From the NCBI RefSeq assembly GCF_947500045.1, contig NZ_CANMQQ010000004.1, forward strand, positions 243,128 through 307,127: a DNA stretch of 64,000 bases. The letters run 5' to 3'. The DNA is from an uncultured Ruegeria sp. (GTDB lineage: Bacteria; Pseudomonadota; Alphaproteobacteria; Rhodobacterales; Rhodobacteraceae). The position numbers and the translations under genes were made by a program. This document shows positions 9,464-17,048 of this stretch, in pieces. Each line of letters starts with the position of its first letter. Position 1 is the first letter of the stretch. Below the pieces are notes generated by a model that was given only the letters and a program-made list of their open reading frames with translations, did not search any database and was not told the origin of the DNA.

Positions 9464-10489
9464 ATGTCATTCCATATTGCATCCAGACGTAACATAGTGT
9501 TGTCACTGCTAAACAACTGGAAGACGAGGGAAGCAGTGGAATACGATGAAGCCACCGTTCGGTTCAATCAAATTTTCCATCCCGGACTGATGGAAGAAAA
9601 CATGGCTGTAGTCGCTGAGAACAAGAGGTTCGTTTACTACACGTCTGCCGATACTGCGATGAAGGTTCTGCGTAACCAAGAACTGTGGTTCAGAAACGCG
9701 ACGGCTATGAACGACTTCTCGGAGATATCATATGGACTACACTTAATCCGAGCCGTTTTCTCCGGGCCTGAAGGCCAAAGGTTCCGAGAGGCCGTTGAGG
9801 ACATTTTTCCGGGCACCATTGAAAAAGCCGACGAGCTTCTTGCCGGCTGGGAGCGTGACTGGCAGTTTGAAACGTACATCGCATGTGTTTCACTCCACAA
9901 TCCAGAAGAAGACAAGCGGGGGCGGCTTTCAATGTGGCGCGCCTACGGGGATACCGCGCTTGTCGTAAAAAACACGCCTTTGACCGCAATTACCGACCTG
10001 CTGGCCGTATACTCAATTCCAGTATTGTATTTATCCGAGGAAGACCTGACCGCACACCTTGCATTGATAACAAATGGTATTCTGATCAATCGGAAATACT
10101 TGCAGGGTTTAGGGCAGGAAAAACTGGTGGCCTACATTCACAATATGCTGTTTCGTTTCGCAATTGCGACGAAGCACCCTGGCTTCCGGGAAGAGAAGGA
10201 GTGGAGACTGTTCTATCGCCCAACAGAAGCGAAAAGTCCTGGTATGACCGAAGAGATTGTTGTCCTTAACGGCGTGCCCCAGAAAGTTTACAAGCTAAGA
10301 TTGGCGAACGACCCAGAGAATGGTTTGCATGGTGCAGACATTCCTTCACTTCTAGATCGAGTTATAGTTGGGCCTACAGAGTTTCCTTATGTAAGCCATG
10401 GTGCATTCGTAGAAGTGCTTGAGGGTTTAGGTGTTCCGGAAGCTCACTCGAAAGTCATCTTGTCCGACATTCCTCTCCGCGTCGGTTGA
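9464..10489 (+). CDS. DUF2971-like protein of unknown function
   Basis: FVYYTSADTAMKVLRNQELWFRNATAMNDFSEISYG matches the remembered DUF2971 N-terminal signature (HYTS...NDP.E). An alternative start exists at 9590. Confidence 0.6.
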   Translation: MSFHIASRRNIVLSLLNNWKTREAVEYDEATVRFNQIFHPGLMEENMAVVAENKRFVYYTSADTAMKVLRNQELWFRNATAMNDFSEISYGLHLIRAVFSGPEGQRFREAVEDIFPGTIEKADELLAGWERDWQFETYIACVSLHNPEEDKRGRLSMWRAYGDTALVVKNTPLTAITDLLAVYSIPVLYLSEEDLTAHLALITNGILINRKYLQGLGQEKLVAYIHNMLFRFAIATKHPGFREEKEWRLFYRPTEAKSPGMTEEIVVLNGVPQKVYKLRLANDPENGLHGADIPSLLDRVIVGPTEFPYVSHGAFVEVLEGLGVPEAHSKVILSDIPLRVG

Positions 10490-10654
10490 GCGGGCCGCTA
10501 GCAGTGAGTATATTTCATCGAATTTCCAAACTTCTGGCGAATTTTTTCGAGCCCGTATCTATCGTATTCTTTAGGCAAGTTCCCCCATAGGGCACGGCAA
10601 CTGACGCTTGATCGACTTAGGCGTGACTGGGATGTATCTCTAGGCCCTGCCCCA

Positions 10655-10749
10655 GAGACACGACTGACGCATACGCAAATTGTGTCTCACATATATTGAC
10701 TTTGCCTTTTGCGACAGTATGTGTCTCAATATCTAAAACCTTGAGAGAC
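10655..10749. promoter_or_regulatory. res-like recombination/operator region upstream of the serine recombinase
   Basis: Two inverted-repeat pairs of the half-site GTGTCTC: GAGACAC (10655-61) then 20 bp then GTGTCTC (10682-88), and GTGTCTC (10721-27) then 15 bp then GAGAGAC (10743-49). The region ends 10 bp before the ATG. Confidence 0.45.
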
Positions 10750-10759
10750 GGAACAGATC

Positions 10760-11320
10760 ATGCTTGTTGGCTATGCTAGGACTTCCACTTTGGATCAAAC
10801 GGCTGGGCTTGATGCTCAACTACGGGAACTGAAAAAGGCCGGGTGCGAGAAGGTATTCACCGAGCAGGTATCCTCAGTGGATGTGAGAGCGCGTGAGAAG
10901 CTCGCAGAAGCACTGAACTTCATCCGGGAAGGCGATCACCTAATAGTCACCAAACTGGACCGTCTGGCGCGCTCCATGGCTCACCTGATGGAAATCCGCA
11001 GCCAGCTTGATGTCGTTGGCGCACACTTAACGATCTTGGGGTTAAGTCTCGACACTTCTACGGCCCAAGGGAAGCTGATGTTGAACCTGTTGGGAAGCGT
11101 TGCCGAGTTTGAGCGTGAGATTATGCTGGAACGTCAGCGTGAAGGAATTGCCAAGGCCAAAGCCGCCGGAAAGTACAAGGGGCGCAAACCAACTGCGTTG
11201 GCAAAGTCGGACGAGGTACTTGCTCTGGCAGGTAAAGGCGTCGGTGCTACCAAGATCGCTAAACACCTCGAAATCAGCCGCGCATCGGTATACCGGATAC
11301 TCAATGCAGGCCAAAGCTGA
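10760..11320 (+). CDS. Small serine recombinase (resolvase/invertase family)
   Basis: MLVGYARTSTLDQ carries the catalytic Ser context. The protein also has LDRLARS, an E-helix (GSVAEFEREIMLERQREGI) and a C-terminal HTH (GATKIAKHLEISRASVYRIL). Confidence 0.92.
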   Translation: MLVGYARTSTLDQTAGLDAQLRELKKAGCEKVFTEQVSSVDVRAREKLAEALNFIREGDHLIVTKLDRLARSMAHLMEIRSQLDVVGAHLTILGLSLDTSTAQGKLMLNLLGSVAEFEREIMLERQREGIAKAKAAGKYKGRKPTALAKSDEVLALAGKGVGATKIAKHLEISRASVYRILNAGQS

Positions 11321-11473
11321 CCGCTGCTACCCCATTTGTTGGAGGACACGAGGGGTGTATATCCGTCCCTGAACAAATGTACGCTTGTGCCGGGTCATCT
11401 ATCTTCTTTGTAATTCATGTGCAAAAATGTGTATCTAGGCTTACCCCTCCCTCATTTGAGTAATAAACCGGTT

Positions 11474-11567
11474 AGACAGATGCAAAAAACGTCATCTGTC
11501 TGCCGCTGCACGGTTAGTTATAGATTGCATTTACCGAATGTGTGATCTGTCTGCCGCTGCACGGTTA
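11474..11567. repeat. Perfect 9-bp-stem hairpin plus a 2-copy tandem repeat (about 51-bp unit)
   Basis: Hairpin AGACAGATG (11474-82) / CATCTGTCT (11493-501). ATCTGTCTGCCGCTGCACGGTTA occurs exactly twice (11494-11516 and 11545-11567), each copy followed by a related ...TAT.AGATT tail. Confidence 0.8.
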
Positions 11568-11569
11568 TG

Positions 11570-11945
11570 TATTAGATTATACACAAGATTGAATACCAGT
11601 ATGTACCAATGCGGTATGATATACCTGATACGAACACATAGATTGTGAACATAGGTCACTATCATAGTTGATACACATAGTATGCCTACCGGGTGTATAT
11701 ACCGAGTATAATACTCCATGGTTAGTAGCTGGATAGTATACCCTAAATATATAAATAGATGTATATACATAGTAAATCTAATAATATGATGCATAGTATA
11801 TGAACACTTATTGTATATACCTAGTATAGCAAATAAATATCTATACACAGCACCTTGGTGCAAATCACCTGTATAGTTAGCAGTGGTAAACCACCCAATT
11901 GATATACTTGGTATATGCAATAGATGAGCAGATAGCTTATCTATC
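11570..11945. repeat. Extremely AT-rich non-coding block with many short related motifs
   Basis: One sampled row (11761-11820) has 13/60 G+C. The palindrome GTATATAC occurs at 11695, 11761 and 11813. The (C)ATAGTATA-type core occurs at about 11679, 11705, 11735, 11771, 11795 and 11823 (24-36 bp spacing). The block ends in the palindrome CAGATAG-cttat-CTATCTG (about 11929-11947). Confidence 0.7.
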
Positions 11946-12022
11946 TGTTTTAAATATCTTCCGGCCTGCCCGCATGAAAACTTGTAGGCTTAGCAAAAGC
12001 AAGACTAGGGAGCTGTATAGTG

Positions 12023-12238
12023 TTAACTGACTATGCCAGAAAGGACGAAGCAAAAGAGATAGGAGCCAATCGGATACTCGGGACTTCCAGAGCGTCCTGA
12101 TCTCAATTCCGGCAGAAGGAGCAAGTTACCCCAATCAATCGGCCTGCCTGCCCTAGTCCCTTTCGCGTAATTCCCCAATAAGTTTGACGGAATGGTCTTC
12201 AAGGCTCGATGGCCCTCGGCGTTCTGTATGTCACTCAT
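12023..12238 (-). CDS. Possible small protein (71 aa) translationally coupled to the GIY-YIG gene
   Basis: Its ATG overlaps the upstream stop (GATGAGTGA, 8-nt overlap). No recognisable motif, so coding status is uncertain. Confidence 0.3.
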   Translation of the reverse strand: MSDIQNAEGHRALKTIPSNLLGNYAKGTRAGRPIDWGNLLLLPELRSGRSGSPEYPIGSYLFCFVLSGIVS

Positions 12239-12854
12239 CCTCTTCGTCGTTGTCGTCTGCCTGATGTGTACTAAGCCGCTCTGACAGTGTTTGTCCGTCT
12301 AGCCCCCAGTATTGCCAACCGTTGACAGACTTCCACGTGTAACCCTCACGGTGCAGCAAGATCAGTGCAGCTTTACTGACACTCATCGGTTCGCCTTCGA
12401 ATAGTATCTTCTTCGGTGCCACGACTGTAGCAGTGATGCTGTCGTCGCCGGAATATGTAAGCACATCACCGACTTTCACACCTGCATTGTCGAACACATA
12501 GTTACGCTTCTTTGACACCGCTTTCGATAGGGCCTCGATGCCTGTGTCGTCCTCTGCGATATCATCCTTAGGTGTGACGTCTTTGCCGCCAGTCAATTTC
12601 ATGGCGGCAATCACGCGCTGTGGATCGATCTTAAAGAACTCGCGGTTTGGACGAGTACGATGGTCTGCGAAGGCCTGGTGTAGAAGTCTTTCTGCTTCAG
12701 CTTCATTCGGAACATCCACCGCATACACACAACGAAACGGTAAAGGAACGCTGGTATTGTCCAATTGCCGGAGCCGTTGAGTGAGGTCGATAGTCCTTCC
12801 GATCTTCACATAGCCGTCCAAAGCCGGATTAGTCAGCACATATACTATTGGCAC
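12231..12854 (-). CDS. GIY-YIG superfamily protein of the T5orf172/MUG113 type with an uncharacterised C-terminal domain
   Basis: IVYVLTNPALDGYVKIGRTIDLTQRLRQLDNTSVPLPFRCVYAV...EAERLLHQAFADHRTRPNREFFKI matches the T5orf172 pattern (Y.L......KIG.T....R...L......PF.........E..LH..F.....EFF). Confidence 0.75.
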   Translation of the reverse strand: MPIVYVLTNPALDGYVKIGRTIDLTQRLRQLDNTSVPLPFRCVYAVDVPNEAEAERLLHQAFADHRTRPNREFFKIDPQRVIAAMKLTGGKDVTPKDDIAEDDTGIEALSKAVSKKRNYVFDNAGVKVGDVLTYSGDDSITATVVAPKKILFEGEPMSVSKAALILLHREGYTWKSVNGWQYWGLDGQTLSERLSTHQADDNDEEDE

Positions 12855-12866
12855 CGTTGAGGCTCT

Positions 12867-13487
12867 CTATTTGTTTTGATTGCGCGCGACTTGCTTGGCT
12901 TCATATTGCTCCCAGACATTCATTCGTCCCTTTTGCCGAGCGTCAGCCAGCCACAACTTCTTTCTTGCATCAGGTAGTTCAAGCGCGCTGTACTTACCAC
13001 CTGAGAATTTAGGCCAATCTATTGCCATCCCGAGTTTGACCATTTCCGCAGACAGGTCGCGCCCATCTTCAAGGTAGCACTTTGCCACCGTACGACCGTG
13101 GGTATCCTCAGCAGTAACCACTGCCCTCACCTTTTGCCCCTTACAAAGGGATACCAAAGCCCACTTGGCCTTCTTGCCGTACGGGTGGTTAATCTCAGGT
13201 GCATCTACGCCAAACAAGCGCACTTGTGTTTTCTGTATTTTTATCGTGTCGCCGTCCACAACATATGCTGAGCCTTCCAGTACCTTTTCTTTGGGTTCTG
13301 CTACGGCACTGCCAGCATCGAAACGCGGGGGCTGCTGAACGACTTGCGGGCGGGATGCACCCAATCTCGGCTTCAAGTCCGAAGTTGTTTGATAGGTCGG
13401 CTTAGTGTTTCTGTCGGGCTGGCGTTTGCTAAGCATAACGAACAGCACAACTACCCCTACAATGATGAGCAGTATCAATACTTCCAC
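12867..13487 (-). CDS. Membrane-anchored staphylococcal-nuclease (SNase/thermonuclease)-like nuclease
   Basis: N-terminal TM helix (MEVLILLIIVGVVVLFVML) followed by KRQPDR. The SNase core is VVDGDTIKI...VRLFGVDAPE...HGRTVAKCYL...LSAEMVKLGMA. It lies 12 bp upstream of the GIY-YIG gene on the same strand. Confidence 0.8.
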   Translation of the reverse strand: MEVLILLIIVGVVVLFVMLSKRQPDRNTKPTYQTTSDLKPRLGASRPQVVQQPPRFDAGSAVAEPKEKVLEGSAYVVDGDTIKIQKTQVRLFGVDAPEINHPYGKKAKWALVSLCKGQKVRAVVTAEDTHGRTVAKCYLEDGRDLSAEMVKLGMAIDWPKFSGGKYSALELPDARKKLWLADARQKGRMNVWEQYEAKQVARNQNK

Positions 13488-13615
13488 AGGATCGGGCCTT
13501 GTTAATTGTTTAGTTCAAAACAAATGCACAGAAGTCCGCAAACACACTGCACGTTATGGTTGATACTGGTGTGAGTGAGAGGTTTTATCCAGTGGAAAAT
13601 GGCCTAAATCACGAC

Positions 13616-13647
13616 TTGAACATCCGCCTTGGACCCAAGGCATAACT
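13616..13647 (+). promoter_or_regulatory. Possible MerR/CueR-type promoter for the copper module
   Basis: TTGAAC (13616-21), a 19-20 bp spacer containing the dyad GCCTTGG-AC-CCAAGGC (13626-41), then a CATAACT -10-like element. The long spacer with a central dyad is the MerR-family architecture. Confidence 0.35.
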
Positions 13648-13714
13648 GGTCGCTACAAAATACCTCGTGTACCAACGTTGTAATGTGTCTTCCTCTGCAT
13701 TAGCGTCCCGAACC

Positions 13715-14080
13715 ATGGTCATAAGGCGATACTCCCGTGTTCTGCTAGTCAGCGTTCTGGTCATACTGACCGGGTTTGGCACCATTGCTCAGGCCCTATC
13801 AATTGGCTGCATCGGCCACCACTGTGAAGGCCAAATGCAATCGGCGACACACACTGTCGAAGCAATGAGCAGTGGCGATATCACAACCTCAACTACCCAC
13901 CATGACCCGGACAGTTCAGGAACCGGGGATTGTAATCCCGCTTTCTGTCAAGCAGTTGTATTGTTGTCCCAGAACCATGAAGCCGAGCAGGATCAACTAG
14001 ATATTGACCCCGAGTTCCAGAGTAGAGCCCAAGCCAAGCTGAATGAACCAGACAGCCCTTACAGGCCCCCTGACCTTTAA
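13715..14080 (+). CDS. Small exported/membrane-anchored Cys/His-containing protein of unknown function
   Basis: Hydrophobic N-terminus (RVLLVSVLVILTGFGTIAQA), His/Cys-rich stretches (CIGHHCEG, THHDPDSSGTGDCNPAFC), and first position in the copper cluster. The start is ambiguous (GTG 13667 or ATG 13715). Confidence 0.5.
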   Translation: MVIRRYSRVLLVSVLVILTGFGTIAQALSIGCIGHHCEGQMQSATHTVEAMSSGDITTSTTHHDPDSSGTGDCNPAFCQAVVLLSQNHEAEQDQLDIDPEFQSRAQAKLNEPDSPYRPPDL

Positions 14081-14176
14081 AGCAGCGTAAATCCTTGCGG
14101 ACGTAAGCGAACGGCACGTGCGGCTGTTCGCGATGTTTCGCAGCGTTACCAGCTTCCAGAATGTCAGGACTAATCC

Positions 14177-14608
14177 ATGAAAAAAAGATACCTACTAGTC
14201 GGCGTATGCACCGTCGCTGCCGTCGCCGCTTTCATAACTCTTCGGCCCGGTTCAATCGAAGAGGCCGCACCACAGGAACCACTTGAAGGCGATGCTATGG
14301 TCGCAATTCAGATGCCGCCCATCGAGGGTAATGCCGCAATCGGCCAGCGTGTCTTTGAGGTCTCCTGCGCCTCTTGCCACGGTGGCAATGCGGTCGGTGT
14401 AGAAGGCGCAGGACCGCCTCTGATCCACAAAATATACGAACCCAGCCACCATGCTGATGAAGCCTTTCAGAGAGCTGTTTCACAAGGTGTAAGAAGCCAC
14501 CATTGGCAGTTTGGCGACATGCCGCCCGTGGAAGGTCTGACGCGAGGTGACGTTGCTATGGTGATCGCGTACATTCGTGAAGTTCAACGTGCCAACGGGA
14601 TAAATTGA
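14177..14608 (+). CDS. Class I c-type cytochrome (exported)
   Basis: Signal peptide, CASCHG haem-binding motif, distal Met context (GDMPP), AGGA RBS. Confidence 0.85.
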   Translation: MKKRYLLVGVCTVAAVAAFITLRPGSIEEAAPQEPLEGDAMVAIQMPPIEGNAAIGQRVFEVSCASCHGGNAVGVEGAGPPLIHKIYEPSHHADEAFQRAVSQGVRSHHWQFGDMPPVEGLTRGDVAMVIAYIREVQRANGIN

Positions 14609-14618
14609 GGACAGCACC

Positions 14619-14960
14619 ATGAAAAAGTTCATAACGCTCGCACTCATGGCTGCTCTTCCCAGCGGCGTACTGGCGCATTCCAAGGTCGAAGAAACAACCC
14701 CTGCCGACGGAGTTACAATATCCACTGTGCCCGCTGAAATTGGCCTCAACTTCTCTAAGAGCATTCGGCTGACACTGATAGAAATGGCCCATGAAGAACA
14801 CTCGGCAATAAGCCTAGAATTGGGCGACCAGACAAGTTTTGGTCAGGAGTTCACGTTCCCACTTCCGAGCAATGGAACGGGCACCTATGTCATCGAATGG
14901 CGAGGCTTAGGTGAAGACGGCCATGCGATGCAGGGCGATTTTTCCTTTACCGTGGAATGA
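14619..14960 (+). CDS. copC: Copper resistance protein CopC
   Basis: Signal peptide ending in ...LAHSKVEETTPADG (mature N-terminal His). About 110 aa, and it overlaps copD by ATGA. Confidence 0.85.
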   Translation: MKKFITLALMAALPSGVLAHSKVEETTPADGVTISTVPAEIGLNFSKSIRLTLIEMAHEEHSAISLELGDQTSFGQEFTFPLPSNGTGTYVIEWRGLGEDGHAMQGDFSFTVE

Positions 14961-15829
14961 GCATGCCAGACATTTGGGGTATTGCCGCAGTTCTCGCAAA
15001 GCTAGGGCTCTACATCGGCTTTGCGGGCTCCACCGGGCTTATGATTGTTAGCTGCCTCTATTCCAGCTTTGTCGCACCGGTACACCGAGTGATGAAGCGC
15101 CAAGCTAGGGCCTTAGCGTGCTTTGCATTCGCCGCAACGGTAGTTGGCTTCATGCTTCGTGGAGCCGCCTTAACGGGCGGAGTTGACGGCATGGTAGACC
15201 CGGAGATGCTTGGTTTACTTTGGCAGACCCCCGTAGGCGACGTACTAGTTTTCCGGCTTGTCGGCGCTGCATTGATCCTTGTGGGATTATCTATTTCTCG
15301 ATTTGGCCACTGGATCGAGCTCGTGGGTGGTACATTGGCTATGTGGTCCTTTGTGCAGATAGGGCACGTGCCGGAACTAGAGAGTGTTGGCGTCCAACTC
15401 TTGCTCCTATTGCACCTGCTATGTGTAGCCTTCTGGGTCGGCATCTTTAGCCCGCTACGGAGTATGGCTCTAATGCCTGAACACCTGACTAATGCAGCTG
15501 AACTAGGGCATAGGTTTGGGCAAGCTGCTACATTGGTTGTGCCAACTTTAATCGTAGCAGGTCTCTGGATGGCTTGGTTGCTTGTTGGCAATCTCCATGG
15601 GCTCTTGTTCACTGGCTACGGGCAAGCACTGTTGTTTAAAGTGTTTCTTGTCTCGCTGCTGTTGATCCTCGCCGCTGCGAACAAGCTCCGATTTGTTCCG
15701 GCGATGCAAAGTGGAGATGCAATGGCCGCTCAACGCCTAGCCCGATCCATCGAGGTTGAGGCAATAGTCGTATTAGCGGTTCTGGCGACAACGGCGACAC
15801 TCACGAGCGTTCTAACGCTTCCGAATTGA
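14957..15829 (+). CDS. copD: Copper resistance protein CopD (inner membrane)
   Basis: 290-aa polytopic membrane protein, translationally coupled to copC. Confidence 0.8.
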   Translation: MSMPDIWGIAAVLAKLGLYIGFAGSTGLMIVSCLYSSFVAPVHRVMKRQARALACFAFAATVVGFMLRGAALTGGVDGMVDPEMLGLLWQTPVGDVLVFRLVGAALILVGLSISRFGHWIELVGGTLAMWSFVQIGHVPELESVGVQLLLLLHLLCVAFWVGIFSPLRSMALMPEHLTNAAELGHRFGQAATLVVPTLIVAGLWMAWLLVGNLHGLLFTGYGQALLFKVFLVSLLLILAAANKLRFVPAMQSGDAMAAQRLARSIEVEAIVVLAVLATTATLTSVLTLPN

Positions 15830-15844
15830 GGTAGATAGGTAGAG

Positions 15845-16279
15845 ATGAACAAACACCTTTGCGCGCTCGCTATATGCAGCATTGGCACTAGCGTCGCTGC
15901 AGATCATGAGTTGTTAGATAGAAACCTAGCGAATGGACAGGAACTCTACACAGAGCATTGTGCCTCATGCCATGGAGTTAATCTGGAAGGCCAACCCAAC
16001 TGGCAAACACCCAATGATGACGGAGTGTTACCTGCACCACCACACGACGTGACAGGGCACACATGGCACCATGATAACCAGCTACTGTTCGAGTACACCA
16101 AACTAGGTGGTGCAAACGCATTGGCAGCACGCGGTATTGAAGACTTCAACAGTGGCATGCCGGGCTTTGAGGGCACTTTGACTAACGAAGACATATGGGA
16201 CGTGCTGGCCTACATACGCTCCACTTGGCCCGACGATGTTCAGCAAATGCAGGCCAGTCGCAACCTTCCGCACCAGTAG
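15845..16279 (+). CDS. c-type cytochrome (exported)
   Basis: Signal peptide and a CASCHG motif. It is the last gene before attR. Confidence 0.85.
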   Translation: MNKHLCALAICSIGTSVAADHELLDRNLANGQELYTEHCASCHGVNLEGQPNWQTPNDDGVLPAPPHDVTGHTWHHDNQLLFEYTKLGGANALAARGIEDFNSGMPGFEGTLTNEDIWDVLAYIRSTWPDDVQQMQASRNLPHQ

Positions 16280-16343
16280 AAGACAGTAGTCTGGTGTAGG
16301 TGTGGGTATGCAGAGTTCGACGCAGCATGTTGCACACTTCAAA

Positions 16344-16366
16344 GTGTGACACTAAGGTGAGACACA
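16344..16366 (+). promoter_or_regulatory. Tandem GTGTGACAC / GTGAGACAC pair (13-bp period) near attR; putative arm-type sites
   Basis: Same motif, orientation and period as 7665-7688. GTGAGACACA (16357-66) is also the exact reverse complement of 10681-10690. Confidence 0.5.
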
Positions 16367-16426
16367 GTACAAACCAACACACTACAATAGTGTTTACTAT
16401 CAGTATATTAGGTGTTCGACGGCGTT

Positions 16427-16449
16427 TCCCCTAGGCTCCACCAAATCCT
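16427..16449 (+). repeat. attR core (displaced copy of the tRNA-Ala 3' end)
   Basis: Identical 23 bp to 7611-7633. Weaker similarity extends upstream (GGTGTTCGAC at 16411-20 versus GGGGTTCGAC in the tRNA). Confidence 0.85.
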
Positions 16450-16681
16450 CTCAGTGATCCGCTATCCATATTTGTTCCTGTTCGACAGAGGAAGCTACCT
16501 TTGGGTTCGAACCGGCCCATTTTTCAGATCTTAGAACACGAGAAAATCTCATGCCGAACCTCCAGCAAAGTTGAGAATTTTGGTTCAATGGCAGAACAAG
16601 ACGTGCGCATTTTTGTTGTCAGTAGTTCCGCTTGATGAGCTGAGTCGCTACGATAGTGAATGAGGCAACAGGCAGGTTAAC

Positions 16682-16987
16682 ATGATGCGCAGTGCAATCT
16701 TCTTACCCGTAGCGGCATTTTTCTTGGGCGCCTTTGTCCAAGCTGAACCTACGGCGGCGGCTTCTCTTGGACGATACGAGGTTTTTGGCGTTGAAGATGG
16801 GGGCATGCTGAAATTGCGTGCAGGGCCTGGAACAGGTTTCAACGTGATCGTGGGTCTTCCAAATGGAACCGCTTTGCGAGTTCACAGTTGCGAGCAGACC
16901 GGCGGCACACGTTGGTGCCGCGTGTCCTTGCAACGCGCACGTGGGCTAAAGGGATATGTCTCGTGGGCATATTTGCGAAAAGTCTGA
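16682..16987 (+). CDS. Secreted bacterial SH3-domain protein
   Basis: Signal peptide, and LKLRAGPGTGFNVIVGLPNGTALRV...WCRVSL...KGYVSWAYL is SH3b-like. Confidence 0.6.
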   Translation: MMRSAIFLPVAAFFLGAFVQAEPTAAASLGRYEVFGVEDGGMLKLRAGPGTGFNVIVGLPNGTALRVHSCEQTGGTRWCRVSLQRARGLKGYVSWAYLRKV

Positions 16988-17048
16988 CTTAATACTGGTT
17001 AGCGTCGCCGTTTTGGTCGCACCCACAAAATGACGACGCAACACCACC

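Noticed and set aside
10637-10654. Possible internal degenerate att site (TCTCTAGGCCCTGCCCCA versus the tRNA 3' end TCCCCTAGGCTCCACCAAA)
   Set aside because: Only about 12/18 positions match, with the identity scattered. This is not distinguishable from chance without statistics, so it is mentioned only as context for the composite-island idea.
11494-11567. Possible CRISPR array
   Set aside because: There are only two copies of a 23-bp sequence, separated by 28 bp that themselves belong to a 51-bp duplicated unit. There are no further repeats and no cas genes in the window.
11531-11920. 129-aa minus-strand ORF inside the AT-rich block
   Set aside because: Its translation is dominated by Tyr/Ile/His/Asn, as expected from random TAT/ATA/CAT-rich DNA. 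It has no RBS, it overlaps the tandem repeat, and the region is better explained as non-coding.
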